Assembly: GCA_964016885.1 (NCBI GenBank) | Contig: OZ024743.1 | Location: 226,672,001-226,736,000, forward strand | DNA length: 64,000 bases | Direction of reading: 5' to 3' | DNA from: Eledone cirrhosa | Taxonomy: Eukaryota | Shown: piece after piece, positions 29,418-43,167 of the stretch | How positions within the stretch are numbered: position 1 is the first letter of the stretch | How the letters are laid out: every line of letters begins with the position of its first letter | Program-made: the position numbers and the translations under genes | The notes under the pieces: model-generated | Seen by the model: only the letters and a program-made list of their open reading frames with translations | The model's database searches: none | What the model was told of the DNA's origin: nothing

Positions 29418-29758
29418 ATATATATATATAAACAACTATCTGGTTGTGGAACCAACCAACCAACCAGAAATTTATAAATTTATAAATATATATTAAATTA
29501 AATTGAAGTGAAAGCAACTGGTGCGTGTGTTTCTTATTGGCAACATGACCCTCCCAAAGTATAACAATATATATATATATATATATATATAAAGAATTAA
29601 TATATCTACCGACATATGTATACACATGCATACCTATGCTAGCAAATATATATGTTTTGTCTTAGTAACTTTGTGGTTCTATGCAAGGGGATGCAGAACA
29701 ATTATATGAAAGACGTAAATAAGAAAGTTATGAAAATTGACTTACTTACTCAAATTTC

Positions 29759-29839
29759 ACTCCAACTAATTAGTTTCTGTAAGGGGATAAATATGTTTAC
29801 GGAGTGTACCCATAGAGAAGCCTTACGTCATCAGGGAGT
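29759..29839 (-). ncRNA. Type I hammerhead ribozyme with enlarged stem II
   Basis: Mirror of 30086-30166. Confidence 0.8.
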
Positions 29840-30085
29840 CTATTCTCAGCTAAGCTTCCAGGCAATGCGGGGACACTGGGAACTTATATAAAAATAATTC
29901 AGTGGATGGAAAAAAGTGAGCGGGGCTAGATTCCAAGACATTGAAAAATTTGCCACTTGACCAAGTAGGCAGTGAATTGTTCAATGTCTTAGAATCTAGC
30001 CCCGCTCGCTTTTTTCAATCCACTGAATTATATTTATATAAGTTCCCAGTGTCCCCGCATTGCCTGGAAGCTTAGCTGAGAATAG

Positions 30086-30166
30086 ACTCCCTGATGACGT
30101 AAGGCTTCTCTATGGGTACACTCCGTAACCATATTTATCCCCTTACAGAAACTAATTAGTTGGAGT
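30086..30166 (+). ncRNA. Type I hammerhead ribozyme with enlarged stem II
   Basis: actcc CUGAUGA c gtaagg...ccttac a GAAA ctaattag UU ggagt; stem III is the perfect palindrome actaattagt. Confidence 0.8.
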
Positions 30167-30213
30167 GAAATTTTAGTAAGTAAGTCAATTTTCATAACTT
30201 TCTTATTTACGTC

Positions 30214-30280
<67 letters not shown>

Positions 30281-30392
30281 TAAGAGGAATTCCAACTTTG
30301 TCTGATTTACTCGTTTTATTTACAATCCTTTAAAATGTATAATGTTATTATAATGAAATAGTATGATAGAATATTAAATTCTAAGTGTTAAT

Positions 30393-30431
30393 TGAACAAG
30401 TACTTTCATGCTTTCGCAATCTTCAGGTTCA
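30393..30431 (-). ncRNA. Minimal type I hammerhead ribozyme
   Basis: tgaac CUGAAGA t tgc-gaaa-gca t GAAA gtac UU gttca; palindromic stem III agtact. Confidence 0.8.
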
Positions 30432-30928
30432 TAATATGTGGTGACAGTCATATATGGTGACAATATATATATATATTTGTTGAGGCGTTGTGCACTCTTG
30501 GTAATTAAATATCTTGGTGAGATGAACAAAGATTGTACTACGTTGTTTCAATTGTATCTGGCACCTTTTTACACTGTTTTACTGTTTCAGCCGAAGTGCT
30601 GCAGCTACACCGTGGCAACCCTGTCAAACAATTTATCGAATCATGGTATCACATCTATTAAACGACATTGCTTTCTACCGAGGACCTCAAATATGAGCAC
30701 GCTCGTTGGAGTAAAATACATGAGTAGATGATATAACTGTCGAACATTGAGTCAAAGTGTATTTTGATACAAAAACAATCGTGAATGAACATGTCCTAAG
30801 TCAAGCGTGGACGTGAGCGTACCTTAATTCTTCACAGAACAAGTTGATTTCCAGGATACATACACACATATATATGTATCTATACGTCTCTCTCTGTCTG
30901 GCTCTCTCTCTCTATCTCTCTCTCTCTA

Positions 30929-30990
<62 letters not shown>

Positions 30991-31026
30991 GTTGGTTAGA
31001 TTATCAATATTAGTATTATTGGGGGA

Positions 31027-31153
31027 CCCACTGATGAATTACAGGAGCCCAATTGAATATATATCTATTGATGGTATACAAGCTCCTACATAAATTGGTA
31101 TAATTTAACCCAAATTGTAGGAATCCTATAATGAAACGAGACGTCCGTCTGGG
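31027..31153 (+). ncRNA. Type I hammerhead ribozyme, canonical core, branched stem II
   Basis: ccca CUGAUGA attacagga...tcctataat GAAA cg-a-gacgtc-cg UC tggg. Confidence 0.8.
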
Positions 31154-31726
31154 AAGAGATATATTCGATATGTCTCATATGAAATAATACAGCCAATTTT
31201 CCACTCAATACTTTTAGTTAGCACCCCGAACGCATAATTGGGAATATAATCACTTATTTCCTAATGTTTGTTGAGTGAGTTGGAATTTGGCCGGAGTATC
31301 GCTAAAAAGCTTTCTCCAATATTGTATTTATTTATTTACTCCTGGTGCAGCAGATCTGAAATTTTCCCGGTATAAGCTTAGGATTTCTTTGTTTATATTT
31401 TATATATGAATATTGATTGTTCCTTATATCTCATTCTGTTATTTTTACCGAGATAATATGTGTGTGTCATCAAATGTTGTACACACATAGATATTTTTTC
31501 AATTTGCAATTGAGTTCTTAGCACGTAGCCTGAATTCCTTTTAGAGTTCATTGTCATGCGCATGTATTGTTTTTTTGGCGGTAATTTACTTCCTCATTTT
31601 TGAATCAGTTTGAGCATTTCTTTAGAACTGCTGGACTGGCAACCTGACAGATATCTCAGGCACAGATGATGATTATCGCTAAATACTGATGTTGGTTAGA
31701 TTATCAATATTAGTATTATTGGGGCA

Positions 31727-31853
31727 CCCACTGATAAATTATAGGAGCCCACTTGAATATATATCTATTGATGGTATACAAGCTCCTACATAAATTGGTA
31801 TAATTTAACCCAAATTGTAGGAATCCTATAATGAAACGAGAGATCCGTCTGGG
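31727..31853 (+). ncRNA. Hammerhead copy 2 (CUGAUAA core)
   Basis: As 31027 but G8A; stem II attatagga/tcctataat is perfect. Confidence 0.65.
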
Positions 31854-32424
31854 AAGAGATATATTCGATATGTCTCATATGAAATACCACAGCCAATTTT
31901 CCACACAATACTTTTAGTTAGCACCCCGAACGCATAATTGGGAATATAATCACTTATTTTCTAATGTTTGTTGAGTGAGTTGGAATTTGGCCGGAGTATC
32001 GCTAAAAAGCGTTCTCCGATATTGTATTTATTTATTTACTCTTGGTGCAGCAGATCTGAAATTTTCCCGGTATAAGGTTAGGATTTCTTTGTTTATTTTT
32101 TATATATGAATATTGATTGTTCCTTATATCTCATTCTGTTATTTTTCCCGAGATAATATGTGTGTGTCATCAAATGTTGTACATACATAGATATTTTTTC
32201 AATTTCCAATTGAGTTCTTATCACGTGGCCTGAATTCCTTTTAGAGTTCATTGTCATACGCATATATTTTTTTTGGCGGTAATTTACTTCCTCATTTTTG
32301 AATCAGTTTGAGCATTTCTTTAGAACTGCTGGACTGGCAACCTGACAGATATCTCAGGCACTGATGATGATTATCGCTAAATACTGATGTTGGTTAGATT
32401 ATCAATATTAGTATTATTGGGGCA

Positions 32425-32551
32425 CCCACTGATAAATTATAGGAGCCTGCTTGAATATATATCTATTGATGGTATACAAGCTCCTACATAAATTGGTATA
32501 ATTTAACCCAAATTGTAGGAATCCTATAATGAAACGAGACGTCCGTCTGGG
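32425..32551 (+). ncRNA. Hammerhead copy 3 (CUGAUAA core)
   Basis: As 31027 but G8A. Confidence 0.65.
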
Positions 32552-32722
32552 AAGAGATATATTCGATATGTCTCATATGAAATAATACAGCCAATTTTCC
32601 ACACAATACTTTTAGTTAGCACCCCGAACGCATAATTGGGAATATAATCACTTATTTCCTAATGTTTGTTGAGTGAGTTGGAATTTGGCCGGAGTATCGC
32701 TAAAAAGCTTTCTCCGATATTG

Positions 32723-32851
<129 letters not shown>

Positions 32852-33460
32852 GGTGGCTGCCAACTCGTTTTGGAGTATGGCCACTACTTTATATCCATGT
32901 AGGAGAACCCCTACCGATGCGCTGAACAAGTGTGACTTTTTAGTCCAGCCAGCGACTTGAAAACTCTGGTACACACACTACACTTGTGACAATTATTGAC
33001 ACATAGTGCTGGGACCATGGTACCATGTGACGACAAGTGCAGAGAGATCTCCAGATATAAAGCAATGCCTGTGCCGTGAAGCTTTTATGGTGAGCAAAGG
33101 CACTGCACAAAGCCAATCCCACTCTCTTAACGAAGATGATATTTACCAAAAAGAAGAACAAGTCAACATCATTGGATACCATCAGGGTTGCAGGTGTTAT
33201 ATCAGAATTTTCCTTCTCCTAGAATTCTGCCTTGACAAAGGCTAAGGGGTCATCTCTCCCGGTGATTTTGGATGGCCATTGACTCTTAAGAGCTCCTTTT
33301 CCCTTTGACAGATTTTGTTTTTAGTTGCAGGATGTCCAAAGTCACCCTCCTCGCCAAGAAACCTTGGTGGGGTTGCCAGTTTAGTCGCCAACGACCCGAC
33401 CATGAGACAGGTTGTACTGGGATACATGTTACCTGTAGCACCAACTGGTGACCTGACATA
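32852..33460. mobile_element. GC-richer interspersed repeat fragment, possibly a LINE (RTE-type) 5' region
   Basis: Compositionally distinct block between TA runs; resemblance to RTE 5' UTRs is from memory only. Confidence 0.3.
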
Positions 33461-33551
33461 ATATATAGTATATATATATATATGTACATATATATATATA
33501 TGTATATATATATACACACACATATATATATATACACATAGACAAGCGGCA

Positions 33552-33593
<42 letters not shown>

Positions 33594-33678
33594 CAGAAAG
33601 TAAATAGAAATAACAAAGCAGACAACGCAGTCCTATGAAGAAATATATTAGTATAACGCTTGGTGTTGTAGGAAAAGT

Positions 33679-33753
<75 letters not shown>

Positions 33754-33779
33754 TAAATACATATATATATATATATAAG

Positions 33780-33821
<42 letters not shown>

Positions 33822-33856
33822 TAAATACATATATATGTATATATATATAAGTATAA

Positions 33857-33899
<43 letters not shown>

Positions 33900-34650
33900 T
33901 ATGCATGCCAATTCTAACACATATATATCCTAGAAACGATCGTTAAATAATGAACTTTTTTTGTTTAATATAAGGAACTGTTTCATTGTTTTATTCATTA
34001 TTTGTTTAATATTTTATATATATATGAGTTTGTGTGTGTGTGTGTGTCTGTGTGTGTGTGTGAGTGTGTGTGTATGTGAATATGTGTGTGTCTGAGTTTA
34101 TTTGTGTTTAAATTAGAAAAAAAATGGTGGCTTTCAGTATTTTTACCGTATCTTGACATTTACTATGCAGAAATGCGGCACTGTTTTAACCATGTTTGAA
34201 ACAGTGGTAAATCGGGGAAAAGTCGAAGTGATATAATGGAATATTCATGTAAAGGGTATGTTTGAAGAATAGGTTTCTACTTTTCTTGATATTTTATCTT
34301 CATTTATATTTTCATTTCACGCATACACTTGCATAGTATTGTATGGCACAGCACTCCTTTGTGTGCACTTATACATGTGCATGTGTGTCTACCTTATGTG
34401 TGCGTGCGTGTGTGTGTGTGTGTGTGTGTGTCCACGTTACGTGCGTGCGCGCGCGCGCGCGCGTGTGTGTGTGTACGTATGTATGTGTGTTTGTATATAT
34501 GTGAAGTGAAGTGTATGTTGTTACGATGCAAGGGAAGAAGCTGCTGACAAGAGAGAGATAGAGAGTGGGGAAAAGAGCGATGTAATAATATACAGACGGG
34601 AGAGAGAAAATATAGATAAAGGTAGATATTGAAGGAGAGAGCGAGGGGGA

Positions 34651-34747
<97 letters not shown>

Positions 34748-35648
34748 AGAAAGACTGAAATATATGATGATACGTTAAGAGACGAAGAAAAAGGGAAACT
34801 GTAAGAGAAGAATTAAGTACTAGTGTGATGTTAGGAATAAGCAGAAATCTACTATGAAAAAAGGTGAGGATGATGACCAATTTTATTGATAGCTGCTGCT
34901 TTGCACTGGATGGTATAATAAAATATACACCAAAATAATGGAAGGCAACTATATGATTAAGGGAAACACTCCAGCATAGTTGTTTGCATACTAAATGCTT
35001 CTCACACATATTTTACGGTGAGTGGGACAACTTTGATTGAAAGATAAAACCTTTTTCTAGAGTTGTTTCATATCTAAAAACAACAACTAAGGGAGATAAA
35101 CGTTAACCATGTAAACAAGTGAAACATGCGCAATGTCCAGCTATTGCTGACTAAATTAAGAACACAAACACGACTACATGCTGGGAACGGTAGTTTTTGT
35201 ACATTCTGATAGTTGAAAAACAAAGTCTCTCAAAATATTGCTGAATCAAGAGCTTATATATGCATTCGTATATGAATGCATATTAAATATGTATATGAAT
35301 AAAACAAAAAAATATAGTTAAATAAACGGAAGATGGTTTTTCCGTTGCGGTGGATTTGTAGAGTATCATTCGAGTCGACGGCAATGAAACGACGACTGAC
35401 TACTGTATCATACGTATTGAGGACAATGAAATAACGGCATTTCTGTTGGACCCTCACTCGTCAGTGGTTTCTAGTAGATTTGTTCGTCTTGTTATGCAAG
35501 CATATATCAAATGATAGGAGCGTATCACAACTTTAAAATGAAAGTGGAAGAGAACATAGAAGAGGTTATACTCGATAGTTATTTCAGTTCACAGGATTTT
35601 GAAAGACTAATCTCTCTCTTTCCCTCTCTCTCACTCTCTTTCTGTCCC

Positions 35649-35772
<124 letters not shown>

Positions 35773-36018
35773 TTATGTATATATATATATATATATATAA
35801 GTATGTATACGTACATACATATATGTGTACAGACACACAGTAGTATGTATATATATATATACATACATGCACACCCATATATATATATATGTGTGTACGT
35901 ATGGGTTTACCGAATATTTATTATAATGTTCGGTTTGTTTGTAAACAAAGATCCCGAATTACGCCGTACAGTGCTCGGCAACCATCGTCGCCCTTTTGTT
36001 CAACACTGACACAGGAAT

Positions 36019-36057
36019 GATGTACTAGTTTCAAGCTTATTAGCTATCGTCAGCATC
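36019..36057 (-). ncRNA. Minimal type I hammerhead ribozyme
   Basis: gatg CUGACGA t agct-aata-agct t GAAA ctag UA catc; palindromic stem III actagt. Confidence 0.85.
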
Positions 36058-36124
36058 GTATACCTTTCTGTTATATATATATACATATATATATATGTAT
36101 GTATATATATATATATATATATAC

Positions 36125-36225
<101 letters not shown>

Positions 36226-36322
36226 CATACATACATACATATATAGATATAGATATATATATATATACGTGGGAAAGTAAAGCATCGGAGAATAGACCGT
36301 TAAAACATGTTTATTTAAAACA

Positions 36323-36362
36323 GCACCTACGTACGTTTCGCCCAGTTGGGCTTCTCAAGGGC
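36323..36362 (-). ncRNA. Minimal type I hammerhead ribozyme, U3-A8 variant
   Basis: gccc UUGAGAA gccc-aact-gggc GAAA cgtacg UA ggtgc; palindromic stem III acgtacgt. Confidence 0.75.
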
Positions 36363-36662
36363 ATAAATAATCACAAGGGTTCCTTATATTGCTCGGAAAG
36401 AGTTTTTGTGGTTTAATCCACATCAAGGTCCATTGCTCACAAAAATATCTTGTTTTGATTTTGCAGCAGGTCAAGGGAGGTAACTCTGGCCGGTGTTAGG
36501 GCAGTCTTTCCCGGACATTTTTCTTTTCTTTTTTTTTTTTTTTGCCGCATCTGTTTGTCTGAGGCTGGGTCTGGTATGCAAGGATAGTTTCCCGGGTGTT
36601 ATTTTGCAGCGCCTGCCCGCCGGGGTGTTAAGACTTGTTGCAGTGAGATCCGGTGTACGGTT

Positions 36663-38207
36663 TCACTCCTCATCCTTAACCCATCTGAAGAAGGATATTT
36701 TTAAGCGATGTGTACAACTTATCGCTGTTTCAGCTCTGCTGTTGATGAGCTCGTGGGGTGCAGTTATGATGTGGTAGAGCTCCATGAGGCAAAGATCGCA
36801 TTTCCCCTTGAGGTTGTACGGTGCAGCCCTACCGACAATCTCCCAGTGCGTGGAGAAGCTGATGTTTAAGTCCTTTAGTGATGTGATGTAGTCCGCGAGC
36901 GAAGTGGAGTGCCTTAGTTTTCTATTTGTGAAAGAGTGGAGATGTGTTCGAAACCTAATTTTGAACGGGCCGGAGGTGGCCCCTATATAATGTTTAACGT
37001 TATTGTGGCTAGTAATAGTGCATCTATATATAACCCTATCAGTCAAGCAGTATCCTCTAAGGGGGCAGCGTCCTCTGCCGCGGCAGTTGCAATTTCTGTC
37101 GCGGTTCCGTCTATTTCCCACGGTAAGGCTATCATTGTTGCTGCCTACGTTGTTACCTACGCTACCGCAGCTGTCGTTAGCACCATTACAACCCACAGCA
37201 CGCGGGGTGGTGCGATTGTTATTCCGCCCGTCATGTCCTGCATGTTCCCCAGTCATTTCGCAGTTATGCTGGTTGCGTCTGCGGTTGCTGTTGCCAACAC
37301 TATTGGATGCTGCCAGGGAGTTGTTAAGGCCGATATAGTTATTGTCAGGTGTAGGTACGTCTGTGTCGAGGTGCTGTGTCTTGGGGATCTTACTGTGGTT
37401 CGTTGTCCCTATGATGTCTGCTAGGTTAGGAGTAGTAGAGAAGGATATTTTTATATTGTTCCTATTAAGAATGTTTCTATACCTATGGTTGGGCGGGAAG
37501 TTCTTCTCTAAGGCTTCGAAGAACATCCGGGGTATGTTGGAGGCCACACTTCGAGAGTAGCGGGTGGGGGGGGGGGACCATAGGACGTTACGGTGGCGAT
37601 TACGTGTCCTTGTACTTTTGCTATGGGTGGTTCCATCTAGGTGACCGCTCTTATGTGTGTTAATGCGCAGTCGCCCGTTCGGTGCCCCTTTCACTTTATG
37701 CTCGGGTGCACTCTTCCTACCTCTTCCATGTTTATGTACAGGAAGATGTTGGTTGGGAGGCGTTGGTAGTAGGCCGTCGCCTTTGTTGGTTTTGTAATAG
37801 GGGAATAGTTCGAGTAATCTACAGTGTTCAACGTCGCCGGGGTCGTGATCTTTAGTGCGGTTATCTATTCTATTATATCCGACTTCAACGAGGTCGCCGC
37901 GTGATCGGTTAGAGGTATGGCTTACTATAACGTTTGTTTTATGAGGGGGGTGGTTTCTAGAGCTAGCGTTAGGGATGTAGGACATTCCTCGGTTAAAGCC
38001 GGCGCTTATCAGGGCCCTATTGTAGTAATCTGCCGCTTGGTTGAAGATATCCTCATTGGCGGATAGTCTCGAGATTCTGTGTGAGATACTATAGACTATG
38101 GAGTTGAGAGTCTGCTGAGGGTGGTTGGAGGCATAATTAATATAAGAGAGGCACTCTCCACGCTTATGGTATGGCTTGTATAAGCCCGTACTCAACTCCA
38201 GGGTCAC
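36663..38207 (-). pseudogene. PLE RT thumb + GIY-YIG endonuclease, open 514-codon fragment
   Basis: CNCRGRGRCPLRGYC..VIYRC.I...HYIGATSGPFKIRF..H...CDLCLME...INSRAE. Confidence 0.9.
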
Positions 38208-38367
38208 GTCGAGGAAGTTGACAACCCTCTAGCCCACTAAATATTAACACTTCGAATATTTAATACTGCCGGCACTAGTATCGAGCACCTTTGGCATACG
38301 CTACTTGGCAAATAACTATATGTATCACCTATCCTCCCCTTTTTTTCTCTTTCTCGATACGTAAATA

Positions 38368-38960
<593 letters not shown>

Positions 38961-39221
38961 ACATATGTATCTGTTTTAGGGGTATGCATGATAATATATT
39001 TAAACATATACTATATAAAGCACAGCACAAGGAGCTCAACGAATTAAGAATTTGGAGCATATACTAATTTAAAGTATCATAGCATATATAATATGTATAT
39101 TAGTTGTAACTAATTATGTATGTATAATATTACTACTCGGATATTACCAGTCAATTATTAAGACTGTTGTAATCATTCCAGCAAGTATAGTGGATAATTC
39201 TGGACATGTTTCTGTTTTATT

Positions 39222-39411
39222 GGTGGATTGGCACTATCTGTAAAGGGTCGGACGCCATGCTTTGCAGCCTGGTGTCACCGCTCTTTCTGTTCTGAGTTAA
39301 GATCCCACCAAGGTAAACTTTGCCTTTTATCCTTACGTGGTCGATAAAATAAAGTACCAGTAATGCACTGAGATATTTGCTGGCCTTGTGCCAAATAGTA
39401 GAAACAATTAT
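39222..39411 (+). mobile_element. SINE family A
   Basis: Full family sequence. Confidence 0.9.
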
Positions 39412-40419
39412 AACTTCATTGCAGTCGCATAGAATTCCCTATACTTAACGACGTAGTGATAAAAGAATCACTAATAAATGTACAGTATTGTGAGTGAACT
39501 GGTTGGCATTGAATAGTTTTTACTCTGTTGATGTAAATTACGTTTAACTATCAGTGGCTCATAAAACTGGCGAATCAAGTTTATTATATGTATCACTCAA
39601 ATGTTCTCTTACTTTCTTTTATTGCTTATTTATGTGATATATACACTGAGTGCTATGAAAGCAGATTTCAATGCTATAGCGCAGCAAACGACAGAAGTTA
39701 AATTATATTCTATTTTCTTCTATTAGATTAAACAAAATATAAACATCCATGTAAGTGCAGTGATATAATCTGAACAGGTAAATTTCATTCAGTGTCGAAG
39801 CATTGGCTGAAAGATGTCGGTCCGTTTCATATCACCAGCTGTCATATGCAACTTTGTTTAATGAGAAAGGAACTATCAAAAACTGAGACATCTCTCGTTT
39901 CAGAATTCAGCATAATTCTACGTTAATTCTTTCCAAAGATCAAGTTGTTGTTATTGTTATTTCTAATTGTTAGATGATTTAAAGAAATGTTAATGGAAAT
40001 ATCACTAAAGTTTGTTTTTAATGAAAATAAAATAACATTATATAAAAAAATGTTCAACTATTCTTCTTATCCAGAGCGTTCTTGAATAAAAAGTTATGTT
40101 AAAGTAATATCATGAGCAAAAGCATGGACAACGTGCCCATTGCAGTTATATTATACTCCTGCTTGAGAAATGCATCCAGTTGCTGCAGTAAGATTCTTCT
40201 GTTCACTGCATCATACGGCTATATTCAACTGAGGAGTCAACATCTCCGAAACGCATAAAGGTAATCACTTATGTATTATATGTGTAAAGAAGAATCGATG
40301 AAAGTGTTTCTTTTCACTGTAAAATCTTGCAACTAAAATACGTATAAATATATCTACATTAAATTCACCTGAAGTATCTCATATATACGCATGTATCGCT
40401 ATCCATCATTTCTAATAAC

Positions 40420-40598
40420 AGTTTCTAATTTAGGCACATGGCAAGCAATTTTAAATTGGGGAAGTCGATCATGTCGACAAGTGTATTTAGCCAGTATTTT
40501 ATTTAACCACCGAAGTGGGATTTGAACTCACTGCGTAGAAAACGGGAACAATTACTCTAAAACATTCTGTCTGACACGTTAAGGATTCTACCAATCCA
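40420..40598 (-). mobile_element. SINE family A, diverged
   Basis: gtttctaatttaggcacatgg...gggatttgaactca...gattctaccaatcc. Confidence 0.75.
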
Positions 40599-42335
40599 CA
40601 CTTTCACCTGCTAATAACAAAAATAACATTGTTAACAACGACAATAACAACATTTTAGCAACAAAGAAAGCAAGCAAAAGCACAGCTTTTACTACACGTA
40701 CAATTGATGTGATATGAGAAAATAAAATGGAATAACAACAACAATATCAATTATCGAAACGAGGACAATGGCAACAAGAATATAAAGTAAAGTGATTGTG
40801 AACCAATCAGCAGCGAAACTAAAACATTGACATCAACAATAATAACAAAAACACGGCAACAAGCCAACTATATATTCACTCAAACTGCAAGTTATAGTAG
40901 CAAATCTTTCTTAAATCACACTCTGCCATTTTAATAACAAAAACGAAGCTAACATTAGACACTGTAGTAGAAATCGTGTATTTCATAAAAAAAAGATGGA
41001 ATGGTCATGGCTAGAGTGGTTTTTATAATAGATCAACTCGATAATGACTGATTTGATGGTTAAAACGACAACACGATCAGGAAGTGCAACAGTGTGATAT
41101 CATAAATAGCTGCAGAAATAACTATTGTTAGGAAGACCGCGACGACAATGACGATAACAGTGACAACAACAACATTTACATTATTTAATCTATCAACAAT
41201 AGCAACATTGGCAATAATTGTAGCAATAATTACAAAAACCGACACAGCCGCCACAGAGAATGACAACCAGAAAAGAACATCTAAAGGTCACATCAACTCC
41301 ATCAGCAACAATAGCAAGAAAACTACAACAACACAAAATAAAATAACAAACGAATAAGAACAATAACATCAATAAGGAAAATGAGCAAAATCACTTTATT
41401 GAAAATATATTTTAATTTATTGGGTGTAATGGAAGTAACCCCCCCCCCCCCCCCCTCCCCCACCCCGCCACACACACATACACACGTATATATATATATA
41501 TATATTAGTTATGAAAAATTGTGTTTAATAAAATTATTTTACCTGATATGGCCATGTAGTTTCCTTTTGATGGTGCTTTTTTGTATTATGGCGTTAATAT
41601 CATTAATATTGCAAAGTAAAGCAGCTCTGTTAACAGTAAAAGGATCACCCCCCCCCCCCCCACTCATATATATATGTACATACAAATATGTGTGGGTTTG
41701 TGTATATGTATGTATGTGTGCGCTATTTGTGTATAACACATAGCCTGTTTGTACATCTGGTATGTCAGGCACGAAAAAATACGTATCACGTGCAATTTGT
41801 TTTCAACGTGAAATCAAATCGTATCGCTGCAAGTTCAAATTTAACTCCATAACCAGAATGTAATGTTCTCTATTTCAAACGATTCACTACTCAGTAACTA
41901 ATAATACTTTTTTACCTATATTTTTCTTCATCTCTCTGCTATGGAGTGTACAAACTGTTCTGGGTAGACATCGTTTATTTTCTGGTCACTAAACAAGTAT
42001 TCTGTCTTGACTTCGATTTTTAAAATTTAAGACTATTCGTCTAGCGATCAGATCGATATTGGTGTCTTTCACTTCAAATAAGATATTGAGCAATCATCTG
42101 TGAAGCACATGTAACGCTCGATATGAAATAAAAACTTTGTAAAATGAAACTTCGTTATATCATACATACATATATATGAGCCTATCTTTATGAACTTACA
42201 AAATATATATATATAAAGGTAGAACACTGGAGGGTAATATCTGTAGTAGTAGAGCACTCCGTCCACGGGACGAGTTTGATAGAAGTAGTGTACAGTTAGT
42301 TCACGGTATGGTGAACTAACTGTTGTGTTACTACT

Positions 42336-42369
<34 letters not shown>

Positions 42370-42473
42370 ACTCACTATGCATATATATATACTCACTATA
42401 TATATACTCACTATATATATATAAAAGTAAGTATGTTTTGAAACAGTGAGCAGGTTTGAAATTAGTAAATAGA

Positions 42474-42660
42474 ATAGCTTTCACCGTATTCTTGACTAAA
42501 GAAATGTTAGCCTTATAATGGGGTTTAGAACCCTCAGATAAATGGAAAAAGATGAGTATTGACGTACATGTACGTCAATACTCATCTTTTTCCATTTATC
42601 TGAGGGTTCTAAACCCCATTATCAGGCTAAAATTTCTTTAGTCAAGAATACGGTGAAAGC

Positions 42661-42663
<3 letters not shown>
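42474..42663. repeat. Spacer-less palindrome with 95-bp arms
   Basis: Centre gacgtaca|tgtacgtc at 42568/42569; two mismatches; abuts (TA)n. Confidence 0.95.
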
Positions 42664-42695
<32 letters not shown>

Positions 42696-43075
42696 ATTTG
42701 TTTTGGAAGGCTTCTTACCTGAAACTTGTGATGAAATAGATATCGTCATACTTTGGGAGCACGATGCTGGCAATAAGACGCACGCAGCTATTGGTTTTCA
42801 CTTCACTTTACTACACACCTCCAGTTGGTTAGTTTAATAACTTGATGGTTGTTTATTGTCAAATTTCTTTTATTACGCATTGTGTGATCTCCTTAGTGAG
42901 TAATCTGTTATTTTGTGTCTCTCCTTTGTTCTTACCTAGACCATCCTTATTTGTGCGCTGTGCGCTGTGTATTTGGGTTGCGCATGCGTTATATGCGGGT
43001 GCGTGTGTTTTTTGTTTATTTATACATTTATAAATTAGATGCTTGGATTGGGAGAAAGATGGAGGAATAGATTTG

Positions 43076-43167
<92 letters not shown>

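Larger units (their letters stand above)
29058..29570. repeat. Perfect foldback element with 216-bp arms and an HHR in each arm
   Basis: 29112-29327 is the reverse complement of 29355-29570, 27-nt spacer, flanked by (TA)n. Confidence 0.95.
29703..30222. repeat. Foldback element with ~248-bp arms and an HHR in each arm
   Basis: 29703-29950 is the near-perfect reverse complement of 29975-30222; ends in (TA)n. Confidence 0.95.
36268..38226 (-). mobile_element. 5'-truncated PLE with downstream pLTR/HHR
   Basis: NFLDVTL..YKPYHK..Y.SNHP thumb, long linker, GIY-YIG, then HHR at 36323. Confidence 0.9.

Noticed and set aside
31240-31340. Antisense peptide [19 protein letters not shown] in the 700-bp unit, resembling a PLE endonuclease C-terminus
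   Set aside because: Short, low complexity, opposite strand to the HHR and surrounded by stops; needs a profile search.
35420-35470. Minus-strand CUGACGA...GAAA
   Set aside because: Stem II is only 2 bp and stem I fails.
40224-40262. ctgaggagtcaacatctccgaaacgcata HHR-like motif
   Set aside because: Stem II overlaps the core (needs a 3-nt deletion) and stem I does not pair.
42045-42105. Minus-strand CAGAUGA...UGAAA
   Set aside because: Core mutated and stems II and III too weak to call.
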